From a virus, in IMG/VR virus record IMGVR_UViG_3300025113_000003, positions 28,869 through 92,868 of that record: a stretch of DNA of 64,000 nucleotides, one strand, 5' to 3'. This document shows, piece after piece, positions 1 through 9,685 of the stretch (position 1 is the first letter of the stretch; each line of letters opens with the position of its first letter). The position numbers and the translations under genes were made by a program. Under the pieces are notes generated by a model, which was not told the DNA's origin, made no database searches, and saw nothing but the letters and a program-made list of their open reading frames with translations.

Positions 1-260
1 CGAGGAGGCATGCCCTCCAGGTCCTGTTCCTGTCCGCGTACCAGACCGGTGAAGGTGTCGCCAGTCCGGCCGTTGACGCGAATGATCTCGCGAACCGTGG
101 AGGCCTGGTCTTCGAGCGTGACAAGAAAGTACTCACCTGCCGCGGGGGACGGGAACATCTGCCCGTTGCCTGCCATCACCGTCAGGGTGGTAGCGGTGGC
201 GGTGATTGGGGCCGCCAGCAGCGTGACGGCGTTGTTCGTAAAGAGCTGGCGATCTGCCAT
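1..260 (-). CDS. Tail-fibre/virion structural protein, N-terminal part (runs off window)
   Basis: My translation MADRQLFTNNAVTLLAAPITATATTLTV...EIIRVNGRTGDTFTGLVRGQE resembles phage fibre N-terminal domains; its ATG overlaps the stop of 260..481. Confidence 0.6.
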   Translation of the reverse strand, partial: MADRQLFTNNAVTLLAAPITATATTLTVMAGNGQMFPSPAAGEYFLVTLEDQASTVREIIRVNGRTGDTFTGLVRGQEQDLEGMPP

Positions 261-481
261 CAGGCCGCTCCTCGCGTAGCAGGCAGCACCGAGCCACCGT
301 GCTCAGCTAGCACCTGCAGAATTGCTGGCTTGTCCTTCTGAGAGAGCGCCTCAAAGGCCTGTTGAAAGGCGTCCGCCTGCGCCAGCGGCACCTTGAGATC
401 AATGACCTCAATCCCGTGCGTGACCTTGAAGACCTGAAAGGGCCTCTTCTGCGGCTTGCTAAGCGCGTTCAGCAGCTCCAT
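260..481 (-). CDS. Hypothetical protein
   Basis: ORF coupled to both neighbours by stop/start overlaps. Confidence 0.6.
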   Translation of the reverse strand: MELLNALSKPQKRPFQVFKVTHGIEVIDLKVPLAQADAFQQAFEALSQKDKPAILQVLAEHGGSVLPATRGAA

Positions 482-975
482 CAGGACCCCGTGTAGTCGT
501 CATAGTACCGTAGAAACTTGTCCCGGGAGAAGAGGTCGTTGCCGATGTCGCGCTCGATGTCGATGATCTGATTGAGGCGGACCTCGTTCTTGTCATCCTC
601 GTCATCCTCTACCTTGCCAACGACCAGGAGCCCCTTGGCCAGCTCGTTGCGCTTGTGCAGCTTCACTCCCGTAACTCGAATGATCTCGTTGCCAGCCTTA
701 CCCTTGTAGGTCACGGTGTCATTGATCTGTGGCAGGTGAAACTTCCGCCTCACCTCGCCGGCGGCCTTGAAGACCTTGGCACCTGTCACGTACTCCATGA
801 CCTTGCCGTTGATCTTGTTGATGTCGAAGAAGTAGACAGGGTCAGACGGCACGCCGGTGGTGTGCTCGACGTAGACAGCGGGACCCTTGTCACGGTAATT
901 GGTGTACGAAAGGACGGTAAACGTGACGCCGTCCTTCGTTTCAATCTTGTCACCCTTTAGCGGCACGACGATCAT
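481..975 (-). CDS. Hypothetical late protein
   Basis: 164 aa ORF, phage-like codon use, TAAATA at 999-1004 upstream. Confidence 0.7.
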   Translation of the reverse strand: MIVVPLKGDKIETKDGVTFTVLSYTNYRDKGPAVYVEHTTGVPSDPVYFFDINKINGKVMEYVTGAKVFKAAGEVRRKFHLPQINDTVTYKGKAGNEIIRVTGVKLHKRNELAKGLLVVGKVEDDEDDKNEVRLNQIIDIERDIGNDLFSRDKFLRYYDDYTGS

Positions 976-1029
976 TTGTAGCTTTCTGGTTGCACTGGTA
1001 TTTATCCCAGGCTGAGCTGGTTAAAGCTA

Positions 1030-1224
1030 CTAGCGCTGGTCGTCGTCAAGTGGAGCCTCCAGCTCCTCCTCTAGCTCCGCTTGGCGCACGTTCTGCACGT
1101 ACTTCTTGAAGGAGACACGAGCTAACCGGTCAATCCGGTCGCTCTTGTCCGACCCCTTCTTCTTGGGTTTGCGCGCGGCCTTGCGGCGGTCGTCGTGCTT
1201 GTCGTAGATCTCAGAGTGCTTCAC
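1030..1224 (-). CDS. Small basic/acidic hypothetical protein
   Basis: GTG start overlaps the stop of the upstream gene. Confidence 0.55.
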   Translation of the reverse strand: MKHSEIYDKHDDRRKAARKPKKKGSDKSDRIDRLARVSFKKYVQNVRQAELEEELEAPLDDDQR

Positions 1225-2192
1225 TTGGGCGTATCCTCTTTTTCCTTGGACTTCTTCGGCGCCAAGTAGACCTTTGCGTAGGGCTGGTTGCGGTTGGTGT
1301 AGTCCAGGTCCAGCATGTCCTTCGTCATCTCTCCAACGAAGCGGATCTTCATGCTTCCAGTTTCGATGAAGATGAACTTCTTTCCGGTGATGTAGTCGGT
1401 GAAGGCCTGGTCCACCCAGCGCTGGATGATCTTGTCAACCGTGCTGATCGCGGCGTCCACGGTCACCGACCCGCCGGTATCCAGCAGGTTCTTGATGGGT
1501 GCGACCGACTTGGCCTTCTTGACGTTGAGGATCAGGTCGTCCTCTCCCTTCTTCAGCAGGTCGCCGTCCTTCTTGAGAATGAGGTCGATTGACTTCTTGG
1601 AGCCGCCTGAGCTCTCGCCTGCCAGCTTCTTGAGGTCCAGCTTGCGCCAGTCCTTGATTGGGTTGGTGTTGGCCTTGCCTGATCCAAGCCAGCCTTCAAG
1701 CTTGTCTCCCGTGATGTCCACGTAGGTGTCGTTGAAGTCAGACAGGTCCTTCAGGAGCTGCGTAACGGCCTTGTCCCCGTCCTTGGTGACCTTGAAGTTG
1801 TTGATGGCGTCTGGGCCGTTCTTTCTACCTGCCTTCACCTCGGCGTATGGCTTGCCGTTCATGAAGACGTCGATGGGCGAGTTCTTTCCACCGATGCCGA
1901 GGTTGTCAAAGACGAAGTAGAGCACCAGCTCACCTGGTCCGACCCCATCTGACTTTGCTCGATTGATCGCCTTGGACTCCTTAGGGAAGGCGTCGACGAA
2001 GCTGTTGTATGCCGCCATGAGATTGGAGTCCGCCGCCTTCTTGAAGTACGGCTGCATCTTCTGCAGCGTGGCGGCGTCGATACCCGCGGCGGCAGCGATG
2101 GCGGCACGCCCCTTTTCCTTAGCGGCGGGGCTGCTATCTGAGGACACCGAGCTAAGGTCAGCCTCAACGAGGAACTGCTTAAAGGTGATCAT
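1221..2192 (-). CDS. Putative virion internal protein with PD-(D/E)XK-like motif
   Basis: N-terminus MITFKQFLVEA resembles the T4 capsid-targeting sequence; GPGE...PIDV...AEVKAG motif; late promoter at 2214-2219. Confidence 0.5.
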   Translation of the reverse strand: MITFKQFLVEADLSSVSSDSSPAAKEKGRAAIAAAAGIDAATLQKMQPYFKKAADSNLMAAYNSFVDAFPKESKAINRAKSDGVGPGELVLYFVFDNLGIGGKNSPIDVFMNGKPYAEVKAGRKNGPDAINNFKVTKDGDKAVTQLLKDLSDFNDTYVDITGDKLEGWLGSGKANTNPIKDWRKLDLKKLAGESSGGSKKSIDLILKKDGDLLKKGEDDLILNVKKAKSVAPIKNLLDTGGSVTVDAAISTVDKIIQRWVDQAFTDYITGKKFIFIETGSMKIRFVGEMTKDMLDLDYTNRNQPYAKVYLAPKKSKEKEDTPK

Positions 2193-2216
2193 ATGGAAGA
2201 ACAGACATCGAGCTAT

Positions 2217-3893
2217 TTACTCCGCCAGGCCTGAGGCAGCTGCCTTTATCTTCTGCAGGAAGGTAGCAGCTGCAGCGGTACGGGAGGCCTCGTTGGCCAC
2301 CTCTCGAATGCGCTTGGCCTGCTCGGCATGGGTAGCTGGCACCGGCTCGTCAATGAGCTGAAAGAAGCCAGTGACGGCGTCCGCCAGCAGCGGGCCCTGC
2401 ACCTTCCAGCCGGTGAGGTGCAGCTTCTCAGGTAGCTTCAGCCCTGGGCGCACCACCCTAGCCAGGTCGCCAACGACGCCGTTGATGTTCCATTGAGTCC
2501 AGCGCTTCTGGCGGGCCACGATGTCCGCCAGCTCATTGGCTCGCATGTCGTAGGCACGAGAGGTCAGCAGCTGGTCCCCAGAGGCGAGGTCCTTGATCTT
2601 GACGTAGCCTGCCTCACGGCCGCGCCGCTGTGGAGAGTTGGGGTCGGCGTAGGCTGGGTGGGCGATGCCCTCATCAAAGATCGCGTGCAGCTGCTTGATA
2701 ACGTTGTAGGCCTCTGAGTTGGCACCTGCGGCGGCGGTCAGCTGTGCCAGGTCGAGATCTGCCAGGTACTTCTTGAAGTAGCTGAGCGCTGAGTTCAGCA
2801 GCTTCCCGATCTTCTCCTTGATGGCCGGGTCCAGCAGCAGCTTGATCTGCTCCAGGCGCCCCTGGGCTCCGGTGCCCCAGCTCAGGTCACGGTAGTCGAT
2901 CTCGGCGAAGGGCAGCTTCAGCACCTTCGCGAAGAGCGAGAGCTGGTCCTGCAGCGCGTCGAGGTTGGCGGCGCCCTGCTCGGTAGCGGTGGGGTCCACC
3001 TCGCCGGCCTTGGTGTGCTTGCTGACGACGCGAGCTAGGCGCTTGCCTGGCTTGAGAATGACGGTGTTGTAGGAGTGGTGCGCCTCCTGCGGCCAGTAGT
3101 TCTTCTCACCAAACTTCTGCATGTCAACGACTACGTCCTCAGGCTCCGCCAGCGTCGACACGACGAAGCCCAGCTCAGCGCCGTGCCTGCTCAGCTTCTT
3201 CTCTGGGTTGCTGTCCATCCCTCGCCATGAGTCATCTCGCCCGTAGAGCGCTGATCTAAGCGCTGAGTCGCGGTCCTTCGTCCACGCGGTGTAGTCATCG
3301 AGATCGAGGTCGACGACCCGCGTGCCTTCACGGATGGACTTCAGGAACTTCAGACCGGTGCCGTAGGACAGGAAGTTGTCACCTGCCTTCAGGGACCGCT
3401 CATCGAAGTGGAAGCCGTGATAGACGGTGATGGGGCGGGACGGCTTGAGGTTCAGGCTGCCCAGCTCGCGGGCGGTGTAGGCATCGATGTGAAAGTGGCG
3501 GCTGAACGCGACGTGCAGCACGTCGTGGGCGCGCTTGCTGAGGTCGCCCTTCTGCACCTGCCCGACGTCCTTGAAGATGTCCTTGACCAGGTTCTGCAGC
3601 CAGTCAAGGTCAATCTGCTTGAGCTCGTCGGTCGGCTTGGTGGCGGCTATCCGCTTCCACCAGTGCTTACTGACGTCGCGCGCGTCGGCGCGCTGGTCAA
3701 CGTGGGCGCGGACCTGGGGATTGCTGAAGATGTAGTAGCGGAGGGTCCGGATAAACTCCGCGGGGTCCTTGAGCTCATCGACGTTCAGGGCGCGCTGGAA
3801 GACCTGCTTGACGCGCGGGTCCTTCTTCATCTTGTCCTTGAGGACGTCAACGGGGATGTTCGCGGCCTCGTCGAGCTGCTGGAGAAACTGCAT
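2217..3893 (-). CDS. Late (probably virion) protein, possible degenerate ADP-ribosyltransferase-like domain
   Basis: MQFLQQLDEA start; late promoter at 3917-3922; ITVYHG and TAWTKD segments are spaced like ART VYRG/SWT motifs, but no clear catalytic Glu. Confidence 0.4.
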   Translation of the reverse strand: MQFLQQLDEAANIPVDVLKDKMKKDPRVKQVFQRALNVDELKDPAEFIRTLRYYIFSNPQVRAHVDQRADARDVSKHWWKRIAATKPTDELKQIDLDWLQNLVKDIFKDVGQVQKGDLSKRAHDVLHVAFSRHFHIDAYTARELGSLNLKPSRPITVYHGFHFDERSLKAGDNFLSYGTGLKFLKSIREGTRVVDLDLDDYTAWTKDRDSALRSALYGRDDSWRGMDSNPEKKLSRHGAELGFVVSTLAEPEDVVVDMQKFGEKNYWPQEAHHSYNTVILKPGKRLARVVSKHTKAGEVDPTATEQGAANLDALQDQLSLFAKVLKLPFAEIDYRDLSWGTGAQGRLEQIKLLLDPAIKEKIGKLLNSALSYFKKYLADLDLAQLTAAAGANSEAYNVIKQLHAIFDEGIAHPAYADPNSPQRRGREAGYVKIKDLASGDQLLTSRAYDMRANELADIVARQKRWTQWNINGVVGDLARVVRPGLKLPEKLHLTGWKVQGPLLADAVTGFFQLIDEPVPATHAEQAKRIREVANEASRTAAAATFLQKIKAAASGLAE

Positions 3894-3926
3894 AGGTGGG
3901 CACCTGTGGTACCCCCTATTTACGGG

Positions 3927-4400
3927 TTAGTCGAGTGACCAGAGCGTGGTGTCAGGCCCAATGTGATGCTCGATAAGAGCGGCCACGACTGGCCAGTACC
4001 CGCCCCCGAGGCCGCAGCCCATGTACGGGTGGTGAAAGTCGTAGTGGAAGAGGCCCGTCAGCCGGGCGATCTGACCGGCACGGGCCAGCGCGGTGTCCAG
4101 CGCGTCGTACGAGGTGTAGCGCCGCTCGTCGCGCCCGTAGAACTGCTGACCGACCAGGTTGTAGACCCAGAGGTCCGGTTCTACCTGCACTGGAATCACC
4201 TTACCCAGGTGCTCAGCTCCACGCCCTGGTGAAACGGATCTAGGTGGCTGCACCTCAGCGGAGTAGGCCTCCCATACCGCTGGCCAGCGCTCACGGATGT
4301 CCTTGGCGATGCCGGACCCCATCACGCCCTGCGCGTTGACCTGCTGCAGGATGACGCCGCGTCGGACGTAGCTTACCAGGTTGCCCTTCTGGTGATTCAC
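3927..4400 (-). CDS. Macrodomain (ADP-ribose binding/hydrolase) protein
   Basis: QQVNAQGVMGSGIAKDIRERWP, NLVGQ and PYMGCGLGGG motifs. Confidence 0.85.
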   Translation of the reverse strand: MNHQKGNLVSYVRRGVILQQVNAQGVMGSGIAKDIRERWPAVWEAYSAEVQPPRSVSPGRGAEHLGKVIPVQVEPDLWVYNLVGQQFYGRDERRYTSYDALDTALARAGQIARLTGLFHYDFHHPYMGCGLGGGYWPVVAALIEHHIGPDTTLWSLD

Positions 4401-4888
4401 CTGGACAGCTCCGCGTAGGTGCCTTCAAGCAGGTCGGCGTTCACGCGCTTCCACGACTCGCACCGACGTGCCTCGCGAAGATTGGTGAGATAGAGGTCCT
4501 CCAGCACGTCAGCGAAGCCTGCGTACTCGATCTCCATGTACCGCTCGATGAGCAGGTGGTCGGTACCCGTCGGGCTCTCGCGAGCCCGTATGACGACGGT
4601 GGGCACCAGCACCCCAGTGCTCTGCATGTTTGGGAGGTAGCGCAGCCGCTCCAGCACGCGGGGCTCCTCCAGCGCCAGCTTGGCGCGGTCATCAGCGATG
4701 ACCCGTGCCACATCTCTGCTGAAGTGGTCATCAGGGTGGCAGCGCGCGTAGGTGAAGAAGAGGTCGCCTTCAGGTAGCTCACCGAAGCGGAGGCAGATGC
4801 CGCCGGTGGGAAGGGTCACCAGCTCCACTCGCTTCTCGTCAAAGCGCTGCGGGCGGATGTAGCGGTAGAAGTGGCTTACCTCTTCCAT
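4397..4888 (-). CDS. Hypothetical protein
   Basis: Translationally coupled ORF. Confidence 0.6.
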   Translation of the reverse strand: MEEVSHFYRYIRPQRFDEKRVELVTLPTGGICLRFGELPEGDLFFTYARCHPDDHFSRDVARVIADDRAKLALEEPRVLERLRYLPNMQSTGVLVPTVVIRARESPTGTDHLLIERYMEIEYAGFADVLEDLYLTNLREARRCESWKRVNADLLEGTYAELSR

Positions 4889-5181
4889 GGTTGGTCCTTC
4901 AGAGTTTCAACCAGCTCCTTGAGGCTGGTTCCAGCGGCTGCGATTGCCTCCAGGCAGAGGTGCTCTGCTTCACTTTCAGCGTCCTCGCGCTTCTCGTGGT
5001 GCTTCTTCTGCATGCGCTCCATGTAGGCCAGGCGGCCAGACCCGCAGGAGCGCTCGAAGTCGATTGCCGTCTGCACCACAAAGTCATCACCGACCACCCA
5101 GTGGTAGTCGGTGGAGGCTGGCTCATGAAGCGGCCCCTCACCAAACCACTCAGGGTGCATGTCGCAGGCGTAGTGACCCAT
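4876..5181 (-). CDS. Hypothetical protein
   Basis: ORF immediately downstream of thyA. Confidence 0.55.
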   Translation of the reverse strand: MGHYACDMHPEWFGEGPLHEPASTDYHWVVGDDFVVQTAIDFERSCGSGRLAYMERMQKKHHEKREDAESEAEHLCLEAIAAAGTSLKELVETLKDQPWKR

Positions 5182-5182
5182 G

Positions 5183-6124
5183 TCAGGCGCTCATCTTGGC
5201 TGGGATGGCGGCCTGCGGGTTGTAGCCGACCAGCTGGAAGTCATCGACGGTGTACTCATCCACCTCCTTGCGCTCCGATGTGATGCGCAGCCGAGGCAGC
5301 TCAGTCGGCTCGCGCAGCAGCTGCTTCTCAACGGCGACGACGTGGTCCTTGTAGATGTGCGTATCACCAAGCACCATCGACAGGGTGCCCGCCTCAGCGC
5401 CAACGGTGTACGCAAGCAGGTGCGTCAGCAGCGCATAGGACGCGATGTTGAACGGCAGCCCGAGAAAGCTGTCAACGCTGCGCTGGTACATCTGGCAGCT
5501 CAGCTTGCTGTCGTTGCTGAGGTAGAACTGCGCGAACATGTGGCACGGCGGAAGCGCCATCTGGTTCAGCTCACCTGGGTTCCAGGCGGTGAGGATGATG
5601 CGGCGGTCGGTTGGGTTGGTGCGCAGCTTGTGGACCACCTGAGCGAGCTGATCGATCTGTGTCTGCTGGACCTTCGCACCGAAGTATGTCGTGCCGCCAG
5701 ACCCGTCGTGGTGGTTCAGGTAGTCCTCATAGCTCTCGACCTTGGCGCTGCGCCAGGCGCGCCACTGCACCCCGTAGATGCGTCCCAGGTCACCCTCAAA
5801 GGAAGGCTTGAAGCTGGAACCGCTCGTCGCCTTTGCGTTGGCAGTCCAGATGGTCTCCTTGGCGGGGTCGCGGGTACCGTGGGTCAGCTCAGCGAGCCGG
5901 CGCTCGTCCTCCGAGCCCTCGATGAACCACAGCAGCTCAGCGACGATGGAGCGCCAAGGTAGCTTCTTGGTGGTCAGAAGCGGGAAGCCATCAGCGAGGT
6001 CGATGTTCAGCGAGGTGGCGAAGATGGCACGGGTACCGGTACCCGTGCGGTCGGCGCGGTCCTCACCCTTGTCGAGGATGTAGTGCAGCAGGTCGAGGTA
6101 CTCGTGCTCGAAGGTGTAGTCCAT
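5183..6124 (-). CDS. thyA: Thymidylate synthase
   Basis: DRTGTGT, GFPLLTTKK, ELLWF, MALPPCH and QRSVDSFLGLPFNIASY (Asn, dUMP-specific) motifs. Confidence 0.97.
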   Translation of the reverse strand: MDYTFEHEYLDLLHYILDKGEDRADRTGTGTRAIFATSLNIDLADGFPLLTTKKLPWRSIVAELLWFIEGSEDERRLAELTHGTRDPAKETIWTANAKATSGSSFKPSFEGDLGRIYGVQWRAWRSAKVESYEDYLNHHDGSGGTTYFGAKVQQTQIDQLAQVVHKLRTNPTDRRIILTAWNPGELNQMALPPCHMFAQFYLSNDSKLSCQMYQRSVDSFLGLPFNIASYALLTHLLAYTVGAEAGTLSMVLGDTHIYKDHVVAVEKQLLREPTELPRLRITSERKEVDEYTVDDFQLVGYNPQAAIPAKMSA

Positions 6125-6186
6125 GTTGGGTCCTTTCAGCTCTAGCTGTCATTCTACTCTACTTACGCGGCTCCGTAGGGTAAGGC

Positions 6187-6726
6187 TCAGGTTACCCGGA
6201 CCAGCAGCTCCCGCTCAGCAAGCAGCTCCAGCGCCTGAGCTACGTAGCGCAGGGTCTGGTGGTAGTTCGGCAGGGCGTCGTCGCTATCGCGGTTACCGGC
6301 GACGTTGAGGACCTCAACCTGGTGCTGAATGATGAAGCTGACTATGGTCTCGATCAAGGTGATCTCAACTGCTACGGTGCTCCGGCTTCCCTGTGGAAAC
6401 TGCACCTGCAGGCAGGGCTTGCCCACGCGGGCACACTCAGCGGCGGTCAGGCGGCTGCCAGCTGAGTTCAGGTTGAAGCCGAGAAGCAAGGTGGCGTCTG
6501 CTGTCTCTATGTTGAGGACCGTTCGTGGTGGATAGCTGGAGCTGGGGTGCTCAGTGAGCCCCAGCACCGCCAGCAGCGGGTTAGGACCAGCGGTCGTGCG
6601 CCAGCCCGCTGGGCAGAAGCCACCAGTGGCTACGCCTGCTGCCCACGCCGCCATCAGCCCGCCTTGGTCAACGCCAGTCTGACCGCCTGAGATGACCTTC
6701 GAAAGTCCGCGGTAGGACGTCGTCAT
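6187..6726 (-). CDS. SLOG-family (putative molybdenum-carrier/YpsA-like) protein
   Basis: [23 protein letters not shown] and LNVAGNR motifs. Confidence 0.8.
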   Translation of the reverse strand: MTTSYRGLSKVISGGQTGVDQGGLMAAWAAGVATGGFCPAGWRTTAGPNPLLAVLGLTEHPSSSYPPRTVLNIETADATLLLGFNLNSAGSRLTAAECARVGKPCLQVQFPQGSRSTVAVEITLIETIVSFIIQHQVEVLNVAGNRDSDDALPNYHQTLRYVAQALELLAERELLVRVT

Positions 6727-7661
6727 ACCTTGACATCAATAGTTGGATGGTAGATCTTCACCGCGTCGTAGAGCGCCTTCACCTTCGCTGGGTCCAGGTT
6801 CTTTGGGGCGGCGAAGACGGGGCTGAGCCGCACGAAGATGTCTCCTCGCTCACCAGGCTTGTTGAGGTCGTGGATCCAGTGGTAGTAGCCCTTGCCCTTG
6901 ACGCGCAGCCGTGAGGTCACGGCGTCGAAACCCGCTGGCACGCGCACCTCCAGCTTCTCACCATCGAAGCCAGTAACGACTGTCCAACCGCCGATCAAGA
7001 GGTCCAGCGCATCCACGGTGGCGGTGGTCTCGATGTGGCCTGTTTCGACGACCACCACCTGCTTGCCGTCCAGCTGTTCAGGGTGCCACGAGCACTCGGA
7101 GGCGGTGCGCACCGTGAAGTTAGGGTCATGGATGCGGGTGATGACAATGGCGGTCAGATTGGGCGTCAGATCGTGGCGGCTCTGGTAGCCGTCGGGGGTG
7201 CCAGGAGGCACCTTGAGAACCTCGACCCCGCCGCCAGGCAGCTGCATGTCAATGGTGAAGCCCGCGAAGGCCTCCTTCAGCGTGATCCCCGCCTGGAACT
7301 GAACGGTTTGGCGGAAGTTGCTGCTTCCCTTAAAGCTAGGGCCAAAGCCGCGTGAGCGACGCAGAGCCTCCAGGATCTGATCTGTTTCCGACCCACTTGA
7401 GGCGGTGTGCCAACCCTGAAATCCACCCGCAGGGCCGTGTGGGTCACCACCCTGGTCGTAGATGGCCCGCTTCTGCGGGTCAGTGAGGATCTCGTACGCC
7501 TCCTTGACCTCCTTGAACTTCTCCTCGACCTTCTTCTTCTCGGCCTCGTCAGGCTGCTTGTCAGGGTGCCACTTGCTGGCAAGAACGCGATAGGCCTTCT
7601 TGAGGTCGTCGTCGGTGGCGTCCTTCGGAACGCCTAGAATTGAGTAGTAGTCCTTTTTCAT
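6723..7661 (-). CDS. DnaJ/CbpA-like co-chaperone
   Basis: Probable start [11 protein letters not shown] (7661); WHPDK J-domain motif; C-terminal LRVKGKG..GDIFV. Confidence 0.9.
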   Translation of the reverse strand: MKKDYYSILGVPKDATDDDLKKAYRVLASKWHPDKQPDEAEKKKVEEKFKEVKEAYEILTDPQKRAIYDQGGDPHGPAGGFQGWHTASSGSETDQILEALRRSRGFGPSFKGSSNFRQTVQFQAGITLKEAFAGFTIDMQLPGGGVEVLKVPPGTPDGYQSRHDLTPNLTAIVITRIHDPNFTVRTASECSWHPEQLDGKQVVVVETGHIETTATVDALDLLIGGWTVVTGFDGEKLEVRVPAGFDAVTSRLRVKGKGYYHWIHDLNKPGERGDIFVRLSPVFAAPKNLDPAKVKALYDAVKIYHPTIDVKV

Positions 7662-8188
7662 GTGACATCCAGTTGAACGAGAATAGTTACATGGCGGCCC
7701 CATGTCGCCCCGATAACCTGGCTCTCGGGCACGGTAATCTCCCGTGTGTGAGCTCGCGTTCCTGAACGGACGTCGTAGGTCATGACCTCACCGCCATGAA
7801 GATACGGCACGGTGCAGCCCTTCGCTGCCTGCTGCGCTGTGATCTGCAGCTGCACCTGGTAGGCCATCTTCCCACGCTGCCAGTTGGGCGTCGTTGCTGG
7901 CAGCCGAGGACCGGCTGCCTTCCCGTACGGTCTGCTTCTCGCGCCAGCGCTGGAGCGCGAGGGCGGAACCGGATCGAACGAGGAAGCATAGACCGGTCTC
8001 GTCGCTTCCGGTGGGGGTACCTGGTATCCAGCCTGAATGAATTCCCATGCTTCCTTGAACTCCTTGAACTTCGCCTCATTTCCACCTATGTCAGGGTGGT
8101 ACTTCCCCCGCAGCGCACGCCACACCTTTCTAGCGTCCTCAATGGACGAGTTATCGGCGAGGCCAAGCACTCTAAACGGGTTCATCAC
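7658..8188 (-). CDS. J-domain protein
   Basis: NPFRVLGL...[17 protein letters not shown]. Confidence 0.85.
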   Translation of the reverse strand: MMNPFRVLGLADNSSIEDARKVWRALRGKYHPDIGGNEAKFKEFKEAWEFIQAGYQVPPPEATRPVYASSFDPVPPSRSSAGARSRPYGKAAGPRLPATTPNWQRGKMAYQVQLQITAQQAAKGCTVPYLHGGEVMTYDVRSGTRAHTREITVPESQVIGATWGRHVTILVQLDVT

Positions 8189-8589
8189 GCAGCGGTCAGG
8201 TTCTCCGCATCAATAGTCAGATCCAGCGGGTCATTGAAGTCAACCTCTACCCATTTGCCGTCAACGCGAACCTCGAGGCGAAGGTTGCGCATGGTCATGC
8301 CCTCAGCGACCGCGCGATCAATCTGCTCAAGGACGCCCATCTTCTTCCAGACCTCGCGCTGGTGCCAGGCCTTGAACTCCTTCGTACCGCACATCTTGAC
8401 GAAGGCATCGGACTTGTTGCTCTGCTGGCTGCGCCCGTCCTGGGAGTAGGCATGGGCACCGCTGTCCCGATGGGTGCAGTGCACCGCTGTCAGGCTCTTG
8501 TTGCGCGCCTGCCCACCTGCCCCTTGGCCGTGACTGAACTTCCAGTCGCAGTCAGCGGCGGTGACAGAGAAGAGAAGCTCACGCGGCAT
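8185..8589 (-). CDS. Peptide-chain release factor-like (RF-1 domain, GGQ) protein
   Basis: GAGGQARNK and QDGRSQQSNK motifs; 134 aa, lacking stop-codon recognition domains (ArfB/PrfH-like). Confidence 0.85.
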   Translation of the reverse strand: MPRELLFSVTAADCDWKFSHGQGAGGQARNKSLTAVHCTHRDSGAHAYSQDGRSQQSNKSDAFVKMCGTKEFKAWHQREVWKKMGVLEQIDRAVAEGMTMRNLRLEVRVDGKWVEVDFNDPLDLTIDAENLTAA

Positions 8590-8740
8590 AGATCGCCATG
8601 AAGACTAGGAGTAGAAAGAGGTCAATCCAGAAGACCACGGTCATGCCGTTGGCGATGGGCCGGCGCCAGCTGTCTGGCACCATCAGCGCGTCGTAGGCGA
8701 TCCAGTCGGCAATGAAGCGTGGAAGTTGAGTCCAGTGCAT
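8579..8740 (-). CDS. Small membrane protein
   Basis: My translation MHWTQLPRF...VVFWIDLFLLLVFMAIYAA; TAAAAT -10 just upstream. Confidence 0.45.
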   Translation of the reverse strand: MHWTQLPRFIADWIAYDALMVPDSWRRPIANGMTVVFWIDLFLLLVFMAIYAA

Positions 8741-8969
8741 GGTCTATTTTACACCAACCCCGTGTGGACATCGCACCAAACACAGGACTGAATGCAGCAG
8801 AGGAGCTGTATTTAATCTCCTACGGTGTGGGTGAAGGTGGTGCGCAGAGGGTTGACGAGATCGGACCCGTTCTGCCAGTCAATGTTGCCGCTCAGCGTGT
8901 CAAGCAGCAGCCCAACTAACGAGTAGATCAAGGTCCCCAGACCCAGGGCGCCAAGGACCCAGAGCACGA

Positions 8970-9230
8970 TCACTGCAGGTTCGGCGGACCGCCGTCCGTG
9001 GTGATGACTGGGGGCACCTGGCTCCTTGGCAGCGGAAGGTAGATGTCAGAGGTCACCTCCTTGATCATCGCCTGCACGTCCTCCACCTTCATGGCGCCAG
9101 CTGAGTGACACGCGCGTAGCACGACAGTGGACTTCACCAGCATCGCCGCTGCCAGGACCCGAGTGTCAAAGGTGGCGTACAGCCGGTCAAGCTCGATGGA
9201 GATCGCGCTGATGATGTCGTCTTGGCTCAT
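8970..9230 (-). CDS. Hypothetical protein
   Basis: 86 aa ORF with RBS-like AGGA upstream. Confidence 0.55.
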   Translation of the reverse strand: MSQDDIISAISIELDRLYATFDTRVLAAAMLVKSTVVLRACHSAGAMKVEDVQAMIKEVTSDIYLPLPRSQVPPVITTDGGPPNLQ

Positions 9231-9241
9231 GGTGCGGGTTC

Positions 9242-9685
9242 CTACGCAAGGTGCTTGCGGATGACGGCGTAGATCTCAGGCTCAACCGCCTTCCACTTCT
9301 GCCAGGTCTCGATGAGCTTCTCAACCTGGCGCTCCATGTTGATAAGCCCAAGCGGGCGACCGGACTCCTCGTCGTGAATGACGATGTAGCTAAACGCAGC
9401 GTTCGGTCCGGTTTTCTCTTGATTGTAGATGATGTAGAGCTCCTCACCTAGGGTATCCAGCTCCTGCGATGGGTTGCGCAGCGACATATCTGGGTTGCGC
9501 CACGGACCGTCGCGCAGCGGCCGCTCAAAGTGCAGGTACTCCTTGGCTGGAGCAGCAGCGTAGCGATAGTAGAAACCGACCTTGTGGTGGCTCTCGTCAA
9601 TGTAGGCGTCGCCCACCTCCACCAGCTGGCTGAGGTCGATCGTCCGACCCAGCAGCTTGTCGTAGTGGAGCGGACTCGAGAGCAT
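9242..9685 (-). CDS. Hypothetical protein
   Basis: Probable start MLSSPLHYDK at 9685, coupled to the topoisomerase stop. Confidence 0.6.
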   Translation of the reverse strand: MLSSPLHYDKLLGRTIDLSQLVEVGDAYIDESHHKVGFYYRYAAAPAKEYLHFERPLRDGPWRNPDMSLRNPSQELDTLGEELYIIYNQEKTGPNAAFSYIVIHDEESGRPLGLINMERQVEKLIETWQKWKAVEPEIYAVIRKHLA

